A stretch of DNA of 64,000 nt from Hemiscyllium ocellatum (taxonomy: Eukaryota), in the NCBI RefSeq assembly GCF_020745735.1, contig NC_083439.1:23450596-23514595 (forward strand), given 5' to 3'. This document shows positions 23,901 to 35,896 of the stretch, piece after piece. Each line of letters starts with the position of its first letter. The first letter of the stretch is position 1. The notes under the pieces were generated by a model, which did not search any database, had not been told where the DNA came from, and saw only the letters and a list, made by a program, of their open reading frames with translations. The translations under genes and the position numbers were made by a program.

Positions 23901-26900
23901 CTGCTTTGTGCCTCTATCTCAACCTTTCTTCATTTATAAAAAAAAGGACAAAAATACCTCTTAAAGCTGTAGTATTGTTAAAAGTGAGTCAGAAACTGAA
24001 AGTTTGACATAAACATGATTTTTCAGAATAATAAACTTGCACAACAATTGTACAGATAGAAGAACATGCCAGAAAACAGATTGAAGAGATGAAAGAACAA
24101 GAGCGCAGAAAAGCTACTGAAGAGTTGGAACAGTGGAAGCTGCAGAAGCATGAAGAAGAGAAATTAAAGAGAAAGGAGGAACTAAAGCATGCAAAGCAGA
24201 AAATTGAGGCAGAGAAAAGGAGGATGAAGAAGAAGGAAGAAGCCAAAATACAGAATTCTGACTCACGAACTTCAAACAAACATTCTGTTAAAGGAGGTAA
24301 GCCTATTTCAAATCAGTGATTTAATTCAGATTTCCTTCTATATAAAGACAAAATCAGCAAGAGAGAATTTTACATAACATTCACCCAAGTCTTAAGAATA
24401 CCCATAAAAGATGCAGCATGTGACATTAAGCTAAGTGGATTTCAGATTCATTGTACCTCTCGCTCATTTTAAGTTTTCTCCCTGCCTTTGGTTTCCTCCT
24501 TCCCTTATGCTCAACTACACTCTTAGCCAAGAGAGAGTTTAGGTTAGCCCATGTTAGTTGGAACAAAGTAACTAGTTTGTTGGAATATTCAAATGTACTG
24601 CCAGCATGACTGATCTGAGTCATACGGTAGGCGATTGGGTCTGGGTGGGTTACTCTTTGGAGGGTTGGTGTGGACTTGTTGTGCCGAAGAGTCTGTTTCC
24701 ACACTGTAAGGATTCTGCGATTCTATGCTGATTTGCTGATTTTGGGGATAAGTTGGGTGGAATGGGTTGATCTCTCTTTTGCAGCTTCTTTGCATGACTG
24801 AGTGTAGAATTTGATGTTTGGGGCTTTAAATTGGAATTTAGTGAATAATAAACCAGTATTCGATCCAAAAATCATGTTTACATTATGTCATTACTTGCTC
24901 TATGTATAAACAGGTATTATTATAGAAATGTATTTCTTTCTGTTGGATATTTCTTAAAGATACTTTATTATTTAGCTAAACAACTTACTTCATCAAAAAG
25001 CACTTTTTATTCATTCACGGGATGAGAGTGCCACTGGCTAGGCCAGCATTTATTGCTCATCCCAGAGGACAGTTAAAAGTCAACTACACTGCTGTGGTCT
25101 GGAGTCACATGTAGTCCTGGCGAAGTAAGGATAACAGTTTCATTCCCTAAAGGACATTAGTGAACTAATGGGTTTTTCCGACAAGGGACTCCTAATTCCA
25201 CATTTTTAATTGAATTTAAGTTCCATAATCTGCTGTGGCAGGATTCAAATCCAGATCCCTAGAACATTACTGGATCTCTGAATTAACAGTCCAGTGATAA
25301 TACCTCCCCTTTATTTGAGAGAAGACATTTCATCAATATACTGAGGACTGAGAAGTGAACATGCAACTGTACAGAATCTTCTGGTGCGATGTTTGACACC
25401 GAATGTGTTTAATATCTAATATGTGTAGCACTGTGACTTAACATCAGGATACAGCAACTCAAAAGAAAATCAGCAAATATTGTCATATTCTAAGATTTGA
25501 GTTTGCATATTTCTATGTCTTGTCCTGTTATGGTTATGGATTAGGTTTACAGTGAACGATAAACATGGCAATGTATTCAATTAAGATAAGCGTTCCTTTT
25601 TATACCGATGCTGTTGATTTTGTTTGACCAAACATCATATTTTCCATCCATGCTACTCTGCATATGGTTTGACCTCAAGATGGTGCTCTCCTCCAAAAAG
25701 GGACATCTTTCCTTGCAGAACCTACAAAGCCTGCCTACTAAAAAGGGTCATTCTGTCCAGAACATTTTCTGTATGAAAAATAATTAGATTATTCACAAGC
25801 AGCCAAAAACTCATCAAGAGCAGAAGAATAATGGCGTGGAGTTGTTACATCTAATCAAGCAGGTGTAATAAGCCATATGTAGCGTTCAAATATGAAAGTT
25901 GGCTGACCTCGCGTTTATTTTATTGTGACTTAGTGTTTAGTACTTTGCAGTTACAGTGCCACCTTGACATGACCACATTATCAGCTCCAATATCTTTTGT
26001 TTAAATAAGGTTAAATAAATTGGATTGGCATTAACTTTGGTTTTATTCATTCTACTTGACAGTGCATAGTTCAATGCCTTGAAGTTCCTTTTTCCGTATC
26101 GTAAAGATTTGATTATCAAGGAAGTCAGTTGCTTCCTGATGTATCTGTAGCAAATCTGTAGATCATATTAATAAAGGTACCTTTTCCTCCAATTTTAGTT
26201 CCTAACTGCAAACAAAAAGTATAATATTTTTTGCAGGATGGTATTTAATGGTTAACTTTTAACCATTGATTAATTGCAGGTACAGCTGCCAACATGTTTG
26301 CTGAAAACTACAATGACAAAATCATCCCAGATCCCCGTTCAGCTGGCAATATTGAAGTACAATTCACACCACGAGTTTTTCCTACAGCACTGAGAGAATC
26401 TCTTATTGCAGAGGAGGAAGAGGTTTGGGTTTTGTAAAAGTGAATACATTTCTTCAAACACACGCCTTAATCAATGGAGAAATTGTTTCTGGACCTGTGA
26501 ATCTCAGAAAACAAAGAAGTATTTATACATTGTTAACTCTGATGGTTTGGCAGCTCACGTAACTAGTTTAAATATCCGGTTAGAGATGAGTTTCAAATTG
26601 AAAGGATAAGGAAATTATGGTGGTTTTGTATTGATTTTAGTAAAACCTGTTGTTTGCAGAATAAAATAATAAGTAGAAGAAAATATTGCACCTCTAAGTA
26701 GGTGCTGGGAATTAAAATTTTTTTTTACATTTTAATTATCTTTTTCTCTCCTTTGTACTCACTTATACAGAGTTCCTCTTCAGTAGCATGAATAGGCAAA
26801 TTTATTTTGGGTTTCTGCCAGGTTTTAGTTTGTTATTGCTTGGGGTACAGGAATGCCATGATTACACTTGCATTACAATCTTACTTTGATGAATGTCATG

Positions 26901-29900
26901 TCTTAATCTTGATCAATTTTTAATGTAGTTCAAGTAAATTCTGAAACTAGAATCATATCCTAGATATGATTCTGTGTGGTGCTGTTGATTAGTTGCTGTT
27001 GGTTTACATTTGAGCTTTGGTTTAATTTATTCTTGTTTTTTTGTTGTCCATATATTATAACCGAAAATCTAGGATGTGATCAAATGTTTACACTAAAATG
27101 GTCTTTATAGATTTGGTTTAGAATTTCGAGAATAAAGTTGCTAAGTTTATAAAGCAGCTTTGTCTAAGTTATGATGTGGAGGTGCCAGTTTCGGACTAGG
27201 GTGGACAAAGTTAAAAATCTCACAACACCAGGTTATAGTCCAACAGGTTTATTTGGAAACACTAGCTTTCAGAGTTCTACTCCTTCATCAGGTAGCTGTA
27301 GAACAGGGTCGTTAGACACAGAATTTATAGCAAAAGATTACAGTGTCATGCAGCTGAAATGATATATTGAACAGACCTAGATTGTTGTTAAGTCTTTCAT
27401 CTTTTAGAATGGATTGCAGGTTTCGGTTCATTAATATGTAAATTCCAGAACTTCTTTTAAGTTACATTCTTGAGATAACTTAAAGTTTTATAAAGAAAAG
27501 GTGATGTCTCAGCTCAGAAACCTTAAATACATTGTCTGAGCTGAGATGTCACTTTTTTAAATAAAATCTTACGTTATCACAAGAATGTGACTTAAAAGAA
27601 GTTCTGGGATTAACATATTAATGAACCCAAACTTGCAAAGCTTTCTAAAAGATGAAAGACTTAACAGCACTCTAGGTTTGTTCAATATTTCATTTCAGTT
27701 GCATGATTCTGTAATCTTTTGCTATAAATTCTGTGTCTTATGATCCTGTTTCACAGCTACCTGAAGAAGCAGTGCTCTGAAAGCTAGTGTTTCCAAATAA
27801 ACCTGTTGGATCATAACCTGGTGTTGTGTGATTTTTAACTTTGTGTAAGTTAAGATGCCTTAAGAAATATAACATACAATGAAAATTTATGAACTAAGGT
27901 TCTTCATTTGTTTACAGTGGTTAAGAAAACAGGCAGAAGCTAGACGAGCTAAAAATGCAAATATCCCTGAGCTTAAAGACCTGAAAGAAGAGGAAAAAAA
28001 TCCAGACTGGCTGAAGGATAAGGGGAAGTAAGTCATGACAACATTTTTAACAACTGATTGTAATATTAAAAAACTTCACACTTCACTAACTCGTCAGTAA
28101 AATACAAGGAACAGGACCAACTGCTGTACTTGGCCATTTTCAAACACTCAAAAAGCCTTTGTCTCCACCACCTGTGAAGACTTATGGAGTAAGCTCCTCC
28201 AGTTTTCCTGCCCTCAGAAGTTTTTGCCATCCTCCACCTACTCCATGATGACATGTAAGCCTTAATCCTCACCAATGGAACATCAGAGTCTCTGTCAAGC
28301 AAGGTCAGGCAAGGCTGTTTCATTACACCAACTTTATTCTCCAACTTCTTGTCTGCAATACTGCACCTCACCCCCAAATTACCCACTGACAGGGAAGTAA
28401 TTTTCCTAACAGATGGGAAACTGTTTAATTCATATCACCTTCGATCCAATACTAAAATCACTCAGTTCCGGTGAGTGGGTGCAGTAAACAGATGATGCTT
28501 GTGTATGTATTCACTTAAAAACTGTGTACAAAGTAATTGTTGATTCCTTCATTGAAGCATTTGAAACAATAGGCTTTTCACTAAACTCATGAAAATGTAA
28601 GGTCACGTCTTCTAGTCAGCTCTAATGCCACAATAATTTGTTAATTAAGATCAACAGTGAGATCCTGAAGAATATGTCCATTTCTATATCTGGGGAGCCT
28701 CCTCAGGCCATTTGAGGCATTGGACAAATGCTACCAGTGATACCTTTGCAAATTCTCCAAATTCAATGGCAAGAAAGGTGATCAAACAGCAGTATTCTCT
28801 CCCAAGCCAACGTATCCACAATGGAAGACTTAACCACAAAACCATTTCCACTAGGCAGGGCTTATCATTTACATGCCTGACAGCAGACTTCTGAAACAAG
28901 TATTCCACATGGTCACGGCATGAATCCATTGTCGATTGTTGGAAACAATTGTTAGGGACATCTTCAAAGCACTCAAAAGCTCTACTGAACAGCTCTACTA
29001 ATTCACAGGAGTCTCTGCTTGTGACTAACGAAAATTAAGAAAGTTCATTCAAAAAGGCACCAAACAAATGGAAACACTTCATTGGGAAAATGTAGAGGTA
29101 AAGTTGAGACATTGAAGGGAATTAGCTGCATGATCTTCACACAGTGACTGAAAGGAGTCTTAACTGCCTTTGGTTAAAAAGGAGAGAATTACCCCGTGTT
29201 TTTGCTTTGGTCACTATACAGTAATTCTTGCCAGATGTGTATATGCATAAAGATTGGGTGAAGACACAAAAAGAGTTGGTTAGAATGTGAAATTCTCTGT
29301 CTCAACCTGCTGTCGAAACAACTGCTGCTGAGCATATAAGAGCTTTTAAACAAGAATTAAGGTAGATGCTGAAAAAAAGAGACATGGGCAGAAAATGAGA
29401 GATGATATGATTCTGCCAAAATATCTTGACAAATGATATTGTGACATTTGCTTGAATAAATGCCACTCACAAGATGTACTTGACTGGTGGAAGTTTATTT
29501 GCTTTAGCAGCAGTTTGTGACACAGAATATTACAATCTCACCATCTCTGAGGAAATACTTTATTTGAACTACTTCTGCAATTCTCCAGGAAAGTGTTAGT
29601 CAATTAGATCGGAAGATGATTTGAGGATTAAGTAAAACTACTCAGCATTGCATTTGTTTAAACATTATTTTAATATCCAGAGAAAACAGCCTGTACATTA
29701 ATGACGGACTACTGATTGAAACAACTTGTTCAATAACTGACCCATCTCCAGTCTAGAAGCCATTCTGGTCTGTTGCTGAAGCCTTTCAATGATTTCTGCT
29801 GATCCTGATGCTAATAATATAATAGTTGGAAAAACAGTGATATAAAGTGCTGAATCTTACCAGAATTGGCTAAATACCAATTTTGGTGAGTGTCATGGTG

Positions 29901-32900
29901 ATGTCCACAAGATCTGGCAATTTTTCTCATGCTACCTTCCCAACCTGCCTCATTATTTTGCATCACATCTCTATGGTTTTCTGCTTGTTGTATTCTTCCA
30001 CTTGTCATAGGTAGCAATACTTAACTGTGCTGGACATCCCAAGATTCCTATTGCTAATGCTGTATTTAAAGCCCAGCCATGCACTCAGCCAAGTGGTGGC
30101 AATTTTGAGCTACCATTCACCATGTACGTAGTGGGAGGGCAAGCAAAAGTAATGCTTTTCTGAACATATAGATGGTACAGCTGATGCTTCATTGCATTTA
30201 CAAGTACATATTCAAACATCTATTGCTATTTAAGAAAAAGCTGCACAGCTTATCTGTCCTTAGCTTCATTCCAACTTACAGTCCTATCTTCGGCAGTGCT
30301 ACTCTTTCCCCAATGTCCTTTGTAGCCCAACAGCTTATCATTGTTAAGTGTGGTTCCATCACATACAGGAAAAGCCTTCAAAAGTTTCACATCATTCACT
30401 TTTAATCAGCAATGGTAAAAGCAAACAATAAAACAAGCAGAAGATGCATTTGCGAATGGCAGCAGTCAGGGATAGCTTGCCTTTCAAGAACCAGCACACC
30501 TACAGTCAATGAATAATCACTATAACCAGCTCTCAGTTATTGGAACTGGGTGTCAATTAACCAGTGTGTCTTATTGCACTTGATGCTTCAGTGCTCGATC
30601 ATGCAGAACGTGACGTTCCTCCTGTGCTATGTCACCATCTTCCTCCTCAGATGACAGCTGATACTCTCCTAGCTCTTCAGAGTCCATCATTTTTTGTTTA
30701 TTCATTCATGGGATTGCCTAGAGGGCATTTAAAAGTCAACCACGTTGCTGTGGGTTGGGAGTCACATGTAGGCCAGACCAGGTAAGGATGGCAGTTTCCT
30801 TCCCTTAAGGGTATTAGTGAACCTGATGGGTTTTTCCAACAACCGTCAATGGGTTCATGGTCATCATTAGATTCTTAATTCCAGATATTTATTGAATTCA
30901 AATTCCACCATCTGCAATGATCGGACTGGAACCCGGACCTCAGAACCCTATCTGGGTCTCTGAATTAACGATCTGGCAATAATACCACTAGGCCATCACC
31001 TCCCTTTGTTGCCTACTCCAGTTGTACAGAACACAGCATCTTGGGATAATGTGATGTACTCTGTCTGGAGTGAACTGCAATGCCCTTCAACGCTGATCCA
31101 AACATTGAATATCATCCTCTGGAAGTTTTTATCTGCTTCTCCATAGTCTTTGTGGAAAAACGGGCTGCATTGTATTGATGCCCAATTTCAGTCAAGGGGT
31201 TGCTTCATGGAGTCATCAGCCAAGATCACAAAAGTTAGCTCTGGTCTCCCAGTAACCATATTTATAAGGCATCTGGCCCTTACAATAAAGCAAGAACTAC
31301 CTAATTCCAATTTTTTATTGAATTAAAATTAAACTGCCATGGGGGGGATCCAAACCTGAGTCTCCAGAATATTTCCTTGGTCTCTGAATTAATAGCCTAG
31401 TGATAATATCACTATGCCATTGCCTTTCCTCCATTTGCCTTTCTATCTGCTACCTAATTGGTTGAAACTTACTTTCCATTCAGAATGTAAATGTTACAAT
31501 TAACCATATTGTCCTTTGAAAACAATGTATGCATCTATGTTAGGTAAAGTCAGTGATGCCGCAACTCTGTAGCTCTCCATATTCAAATTGTTTATGAACA
31601 GGAACTGTTTGGTCTTTCACATAATTATGTGGCACTTGGAAAATTAATTCAATGATTTGCCTTTTCTGTGTATCCTCTCAAAGAAATTCTGGAATCCATT
31701 ACATTGTTGTCGATAGTAAAATAATAACTAGCTGCAGTAAGTGATCTTCATTTGTGGCAGTCTGTACATTGTTAGCCATGAAGACCTGTTTTATTTCCCT
31801 GTAATACACTTCAAATCAGGTTATCATATTGTTCAAATATTATTTTTCTCTTCCAGCAAGCTGTTTGCATCCGGAGATTATCTTGCAGCAATTAATGCCT
31901 ATAATTTGGGAATACAATTGAATAATAAACTTCCAGCCCTATATCTGAACCGGGCTGCAAGCCACCTTAAACTAAGAAATTTACACAAAGCCATTGAAGA
32001 CTCCTCCAAGGTTAGTTCATGTTCAGTTTCTGGGAAATTAGTTAATGCTGATCAATTGAATAAGGCAAAATTAACCATAATTCAGTTTGTGTGCACATTT
32101 AAGAACCTTCCTGTGTCCAAGTCACTTTTTGCATCAGGGTCAGTTACAAACTTAAGGTAAATCATAAAATTCCATCTGTTATAGAACAATATCAAATTAT
32201 ACATTTGTTGTGAAGGGATTGGCGTTTGGTTATTTGTCCCACATTTTTATTTCTCTGATGTGGAATGCATTGCTTCCTGTGTCAGGGGATAAACAGGGGA
32301 CACAATCATTCCCTCTCTTATGCTAGAGCAACTCATTAAATTGAAGGTTGCAAGATCATCCAGCCAAAATGACAGTATTCTTTTTAAATAGATACGGATT
32401 AAATTCTGTGGCAGTCACTGGGACTTGATTTGCTATTTTAATCTGTGGCCTGAGTGGAAACACTGTGATTGCTAGGTTGGTGCATGATGCTTTAAGTTAC
32501 TTACTACTCTTGGAATATTTTACACACACTTTTAAAGATAACCTCCAGCTCTTTTTATATTATATCTTTTTACTTGCTTAACTATATATTTTTCCTTTAG
32601 GCACTTGATTTGTTAACTCCTGCTGTTCCAGATAATGCAAGTAGCAGATTGAAAGCCCATATTCGAAGAGGAACAGCATTTTGTGAGCTGGAACTCTACG
32701 TAGAAGGTAAGAGAACTTTTTGGTACTTTGTGCACTGAAATTAGGGGATAGTGGTAATTTCACTCGACTAGTAATCCAGAACTCTCGCCTATTATGGATT
32801 CAAAGCCTATTATGGTAGTTGGTGAAATTTGAATTTGTTAAAAATATGGAATTAAGAGAAAGCCTTTTTATTGTTCATAAATTATGGTAAATTATAAAAC

Positions 32901-34263
32901 AGATTTGGTTCGCTAATGTACTTTCGGGAAGAAAATCTGCCTCTTTACCTCGTCTGGCTCATGTGTCTCCAGACTCTTGGCAATGTAGTTGGCTCTTAAC
33001 CGTCCTCTGGATGAGCAATAATTGCTTGTGAAGCCAGCAAAATCCCTATCCCACAAACATATGAAAAAAATGTAGCAATATATAATTAGCAAATATTAGA
33101 TATTGGAATTAAAACAGGGCTACACCAGCTTTTCCCTTCCCAACATTTTTTCCTCTTTCTCATTCTTTCCTTAAAACTGTAATATGTGAAGATTCCTCTT
33201 TCTCGTTCTTTCCTTAATGCTGTAATATATGAAGATTCAAATACTGCACCAGTTAATGAACTCTTAAGTTATTTAGAATTAACTTCAGGTATGGCAATGT
33301 ACAGATTAGTGTGTGTTTAAGAATAAATTTTAACCACAGTCAGCAAAACAATAGCATATAGCTATTTCTTTGTGCTTTGCTCTTTCCCTTATTTTCTCAC
33401 TTTTCAGGTCATTTATAGAATTATAGAATCCCTAAGCTGTATGTAGAGGCTATTCAGCCCATTGAATTTTCCAGAGTCCTCCAAAGAGCATCCCAGCCTA
33501 TCTCCGTAACCTCACGGTGACCACAGCTATGGGCAATTCATTTTGGCCAATCCACCTAACCTACATATCTTTGGACTTTTGGGGGAACCCAGAGCACCTG
33601 GAAGAACTCCACATAGACATGGGAGAGCATGCAAACGTCACACAGACAGTCACCCAAGGCTGAAATTGAACCATGGCCCCGGGCACAGTGAGGCAGCAGT
33701 GCTAACCACTGTACCACCATACCTTTATATGCCCAACATCACAAGGAGTGAGGAGATAAAACTTCATTTTTTTCCAACGCAACCTGTCCATCTAAACCTT
33801 AACAAAGTTATGTTGGAACATGGAGCTATGGGATTTAGCTGTGTGTTCAGTGTTGGTGAACTATGCAACTTGGCATGTGTTCTAACCAAACTTCATGTCG
33901 CCATCATTGAAGGTGAAGAGAAACACACTCAGCAAATGTGCAAAATCTGCAGTTGCTTGCTAATCATAATTTAGAATTCTGATATTTTTTCCGGTATATA
34001 GTCTAGGTACACTGAAGCCAATTATATTTTCCCACTTCAACTGAGATCTTGCAGACCAGTACATTCTAGTAATTCAATATGAATTTTGTGGTCTACAATC
34101 ACATCACAGCAGATTTGATTTATTTAAGGGATTATTAATTTATGGTCTGGCAGGCCTTCAGGATTTTGAAGCGGCTCTCAAGATTGACCCAAATAACAAG
34201 ACAATACAAGACGATGCAGAAAAGATACGGCAAGTGATTCAAGGAGCCCCTCCAGACCCCTAA
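17813..34263 (+). CDS. DNAAF4: Dynein axonemal assembly factor 4 (DYX1C1), whole gene span. Join 17813-17935, 19661-19808, 19973-20106, 24056-24296, 26280-26422, 27918-28027, 31857-32010, 32601-32706, 34154-34263 = 1269 nt, 422 aa
   Basis: Nine GT-AG exons with matching phases give one open frame: N-terminal CS/p23 domain ([19 protein letters not shown]), charged coiled coil, [13 protein letters not shown] motif, C-terminal TPRs. Gene order with PIERCE2 and CCPG1 matches the known vertebrate synteny. Confidence 0.97.
18125..18440. mobile_element. Two adjacent Penelope pLTR fragments with hammerhead-like cores in DNAAF4 intron 1
   Basis: Core on - at 18168-18197; core CTGATGA..GAAA on + at 18356-18384. 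Confidence 0.65.
18629..19630 (-). mobile_element. 5'-truncated CR1 in DNAAF4 intron 1
   Basis: [17 protein letters not shown] and [11 protein letters not shown]; probable TSD ATTT(A/T)GATTC. Confidence 0.88.
19661..19808 (+). CDS. DNAAF4: DNAAF4 coding exon 2 ([18 protein letters not shown]...WEQLTTVE)
   Basis: Acceptor ttttactttaacag; donor G|GTAAGC; 148 nt. Confidence 0.96.
19973..20106 (+). CDS. DNAAF4: DNAAF4 coding exon 3 ([19 protein letters not shown]...EKTMK)
   Basis: Acceptor ttctttgatag; donor AAG|GTAACT; 134 nt; phase fits. Confidence 0.93.
20618..22790 (+). mobile_element. 5'-truncated CR1 (tether plus RT plus 3' UTR) in DNAAF4 intron 3
   Basis: [33 protein letters not shown] and FADDTK with stops and frameshifts. 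Confidence 0.92.
23346..23982. mobile_element. Probable solo LTR in DNAAF4 intron 3
   Basis: Starts TGTAATGA, ends gtattgttaaa; organisation resembles 42485-43285; no clear TSD. Confidence 0.5.
24056..24296 (+). CDS. DNAAF4: DNAAF4 coding exon 4 ([27 protein letters not shown]...)
   Basis: Acceptor tgtacag; donor G|GTAAGC; 241 nt; charged coiled coil. Confidence 0.92.
24590..24727 (+). mobile_element. HE1-type SINE 3' fragment
   Basis: gggtctgggtgggttactctttggagggttggtgtggacttg...gtttccacactgta. Confidence 0.7.
25008..25310 (-). mobile_element. Deu-domain (SacSINE1-like) SINE; other copies at about 30695-31005 (-), 31310-31430 (-), 32735-33062 (+), 47600-47810 (-)
   Basis: Shared body ggagtcacatgtaggccagacc...ccctaaaggacattagtgaac and a tRNA-like head. 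Confidence 0.65.
26280..26422 (+). CDS. DNAAF4: DNAAF4 coding exon 5 (...[32 protein letters not shown])
   Basis: Conserved [13 protein letters not shown] motif; acceptor aattgcag; donor GAG|GTTTGG. Confidence 0.95.
27172..27844. mobile_element. Long inverted-repeat Penelope-derived element (arms of about 310 nt) in DNAAF4 intron 5
   Basis: 27206-27519 is the approximate reverse complement of 27533-27844; hammerhead cores in both arms; flanks CTTTGT(C/G)TAAGTTA. Confidence 0.85.
27918..28027 (+). CDS. DNAAF4: DNAAF4 coding exon 6 ([36 protein letters not shown])
   Basis: Acceptor tttgtttacag; donor AA|GTAAGT; 110 nt. Confidence 0.96.
28100..29130 (+). mobile_element. Highly decayed RTE-clade LINE fragment
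   Basis: gtcaggcaaggctgtttcattacaccaactttattctcc reads [13 protein letters not shown], an RT motif typical of RTE. Confidence 0.55.
31857..32010 (+). CDS. DNAAF4: DNAAF4 coding exon 7 (TPR: [51 protein letters not shown])
   Basis: Acceptor tttttctcttccag; donor AAG|GTTAGT; 154 nt. Confidence 0.96.
32601..32706 (+). CDS. DNAAF4: DNAAF4 coding exon 8 ([35 protein letters not shown])
   Basis: Acceptor tttttcctttag; donor G|GTAAGA; 106 nt. Confidence 0.96.
33415..33720 (-). mobile_element. HE1-type SINE
   Basis: Reverse complement of the tRNA head (gcagtgctaaccactgt) and body. Confidence 0.8.
34154..34263 (+). CDS. DNAAF4: DNAAF4 last coding exon ([36 protein letters not shown])
   Basis: Acceptor ctggcag; TAA at 34261-34263. 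Confidence 0.95.
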
Positions 34264-34505
34264 AAGCAGGGTAAGAAATGTCAAGAATTTAGAGGTCTAT
34301 TCACAGAAAAAAAAAGTCCTTCAGCCCATTTTGTGTGCACTGGTCAAAAACAACCACCTAACAATTCTGTTCCCATTTACACGCACTTGGCCCATAGCCT
34401 TGTGTGCCTTTGCATTACAAGTGCACATCTAAATATTTACTGACAGTTAGTGTATTTCTGTCTTACACCTTCTGTTGGGGCATAAACATTGTTTTCAGAG
34501 GCATA

Positions 34506-34511
34506 AATAAA
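34506..34511 (+). terminator. Candidate DNAAF4 polyadenylation signal
   Basis: AATAAA about 240 nt after the stop, with a T/GT-rich tract downstream. Confidence 0.5.
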
Positions 34512-35092
34512 TCCAAAGCAATAATCCAAATCAGCCTTTGTTCGATTTTTCTGAGGAAAATTTGTAGTTAAATCAGTTTGAACTAAAAGATTTCTAGAGT
34601 CCTTGACTAATACTGCAATGTATTAATTAATGGTGCAATTGCATTTTTTTCTTTATGAGAAGCTGAAGACTTTTATTCGTTTGTGGTACTCCTTTTAGAA
34701 TTGAGTGTATGCCTTCATGGTCATGAGGTTGGAATATTTAATCGTATGCCTGTTACACAACCATTTTAGATCTGTTAGAACAGTTGCATTATAGAGTCTT
34801 CACCTGCTGAACATCTCCAGTTAAAACTGCAGCTGGCAGATGTTCTCTTTCACATGACTTTGGAATGACTATATCTCTGCCAAGAAATGTTGTTATTTGA
34901 AATTACTCGCTTGAGTCTCCAGTCAACCTTGCATCAACCTTGACTCCATTGTGGTGAAGCTTTATGAAATAACTCCACATAGGCTGTTATCCACCAAGTT
35001 GCCCTTTGTTTACCATGAAGAGTCCTTGGCACTGATCCAGCTCTGTAAAAGCCAGCTGTCAGAGTAACAGAATCTCTGACACTCCTGTTTAT

Positions 35093-35896
35093 TTTTTTAG
35101 ATTTCTTTTTTCTTATTTGCTTCTTTAGAGTGAACAGAATGTCTGACACTCTTGTTTTTTTTAACCCCGCACTACCGTCTAACTGTGGTAGTGCTTATTT
35201 TTTCCCCAGCACCATGTTGTGGGCGTGCAGGTATGAGGCACAGTGAAAGACACAAAGTGCATGAATCTTTATTCAAATTTCCACCACCAGGAAGAAAAGA
35301 AACACCCGAGTGGCCTGTGACAAGCAGTGCCCATACACTCCTGTTTATTTTTTTCTCTCCTAACTGCGGTAGTGCTTATTTTTCCCCCCAGCACCCATGT
35401 TGTGTGTGTGCAGGTGTGAACACTCCTGTTTTTTTCTTTCTTATTTCTTTTTTTTTCCTTGTCACTGATCCAATTCCCTCAGAGCCAGCTCAGAGTGAAC
35501 AGAACCTCTGACATTCCTGTTTATTTTATTTTATTATTTTTTTTCTTTTTTTAAAACCCTCACACTACTGCCTAACTGCAGTAGTGCTTATTTTTTCCCA
35601 GCACCCATGGTGTGTGCAGGTGTGAGACACAGTGAGAGACACAAGGTGCACGAATCTTTATTCAATTTCCACCACCAGGAAGAAAGGAAACACCCGAGTG
35701 GTAATCACATCAAAGGGCAATGCTGTGTGATCAAACAGTGAAGGGGAGGGCAGGGATTAAATAAAAATAGAGTTGGAGGGGGAAATGATGCACTCCACTC
35801 CCTGCAGCGCCCACCTCTCCCTGATCAACTCCAGGGTATTGGTGGACACCACGTGCTCCTTCTCCAAGGACATCCGAGCTCTAACGTAACCGCGGA
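35093..35896 (-). mobile_element. Tandem stack of three 5'-truncated Tx1/L1-clade retrotransposon 3' ends inside the Gypsy 3' LTR
   Basis: Copies at about 35553-35896, 35358-35419 and 35163-35334, each polyA-tailed. The longest encodes FRGYVRARMSLEKEHVVSTNTLELIRERWALQGVECIISPSNSIFI* (35897-35757), resembling a Tx1 ORF2 C-terminus. ACACTCCTGTTTAT recurs at every junction. Confidence 0.82.

Noticed and set aside
35163-35215. snRNA gene (hairpin next to an Sm-site-like TTATTTTTT)
   Set aside because: Does not match U1, U2, U4, U5, U7, U11, U12 or U4atac as I recall them; it lies within the 3' UTR of the Tx1-like element.
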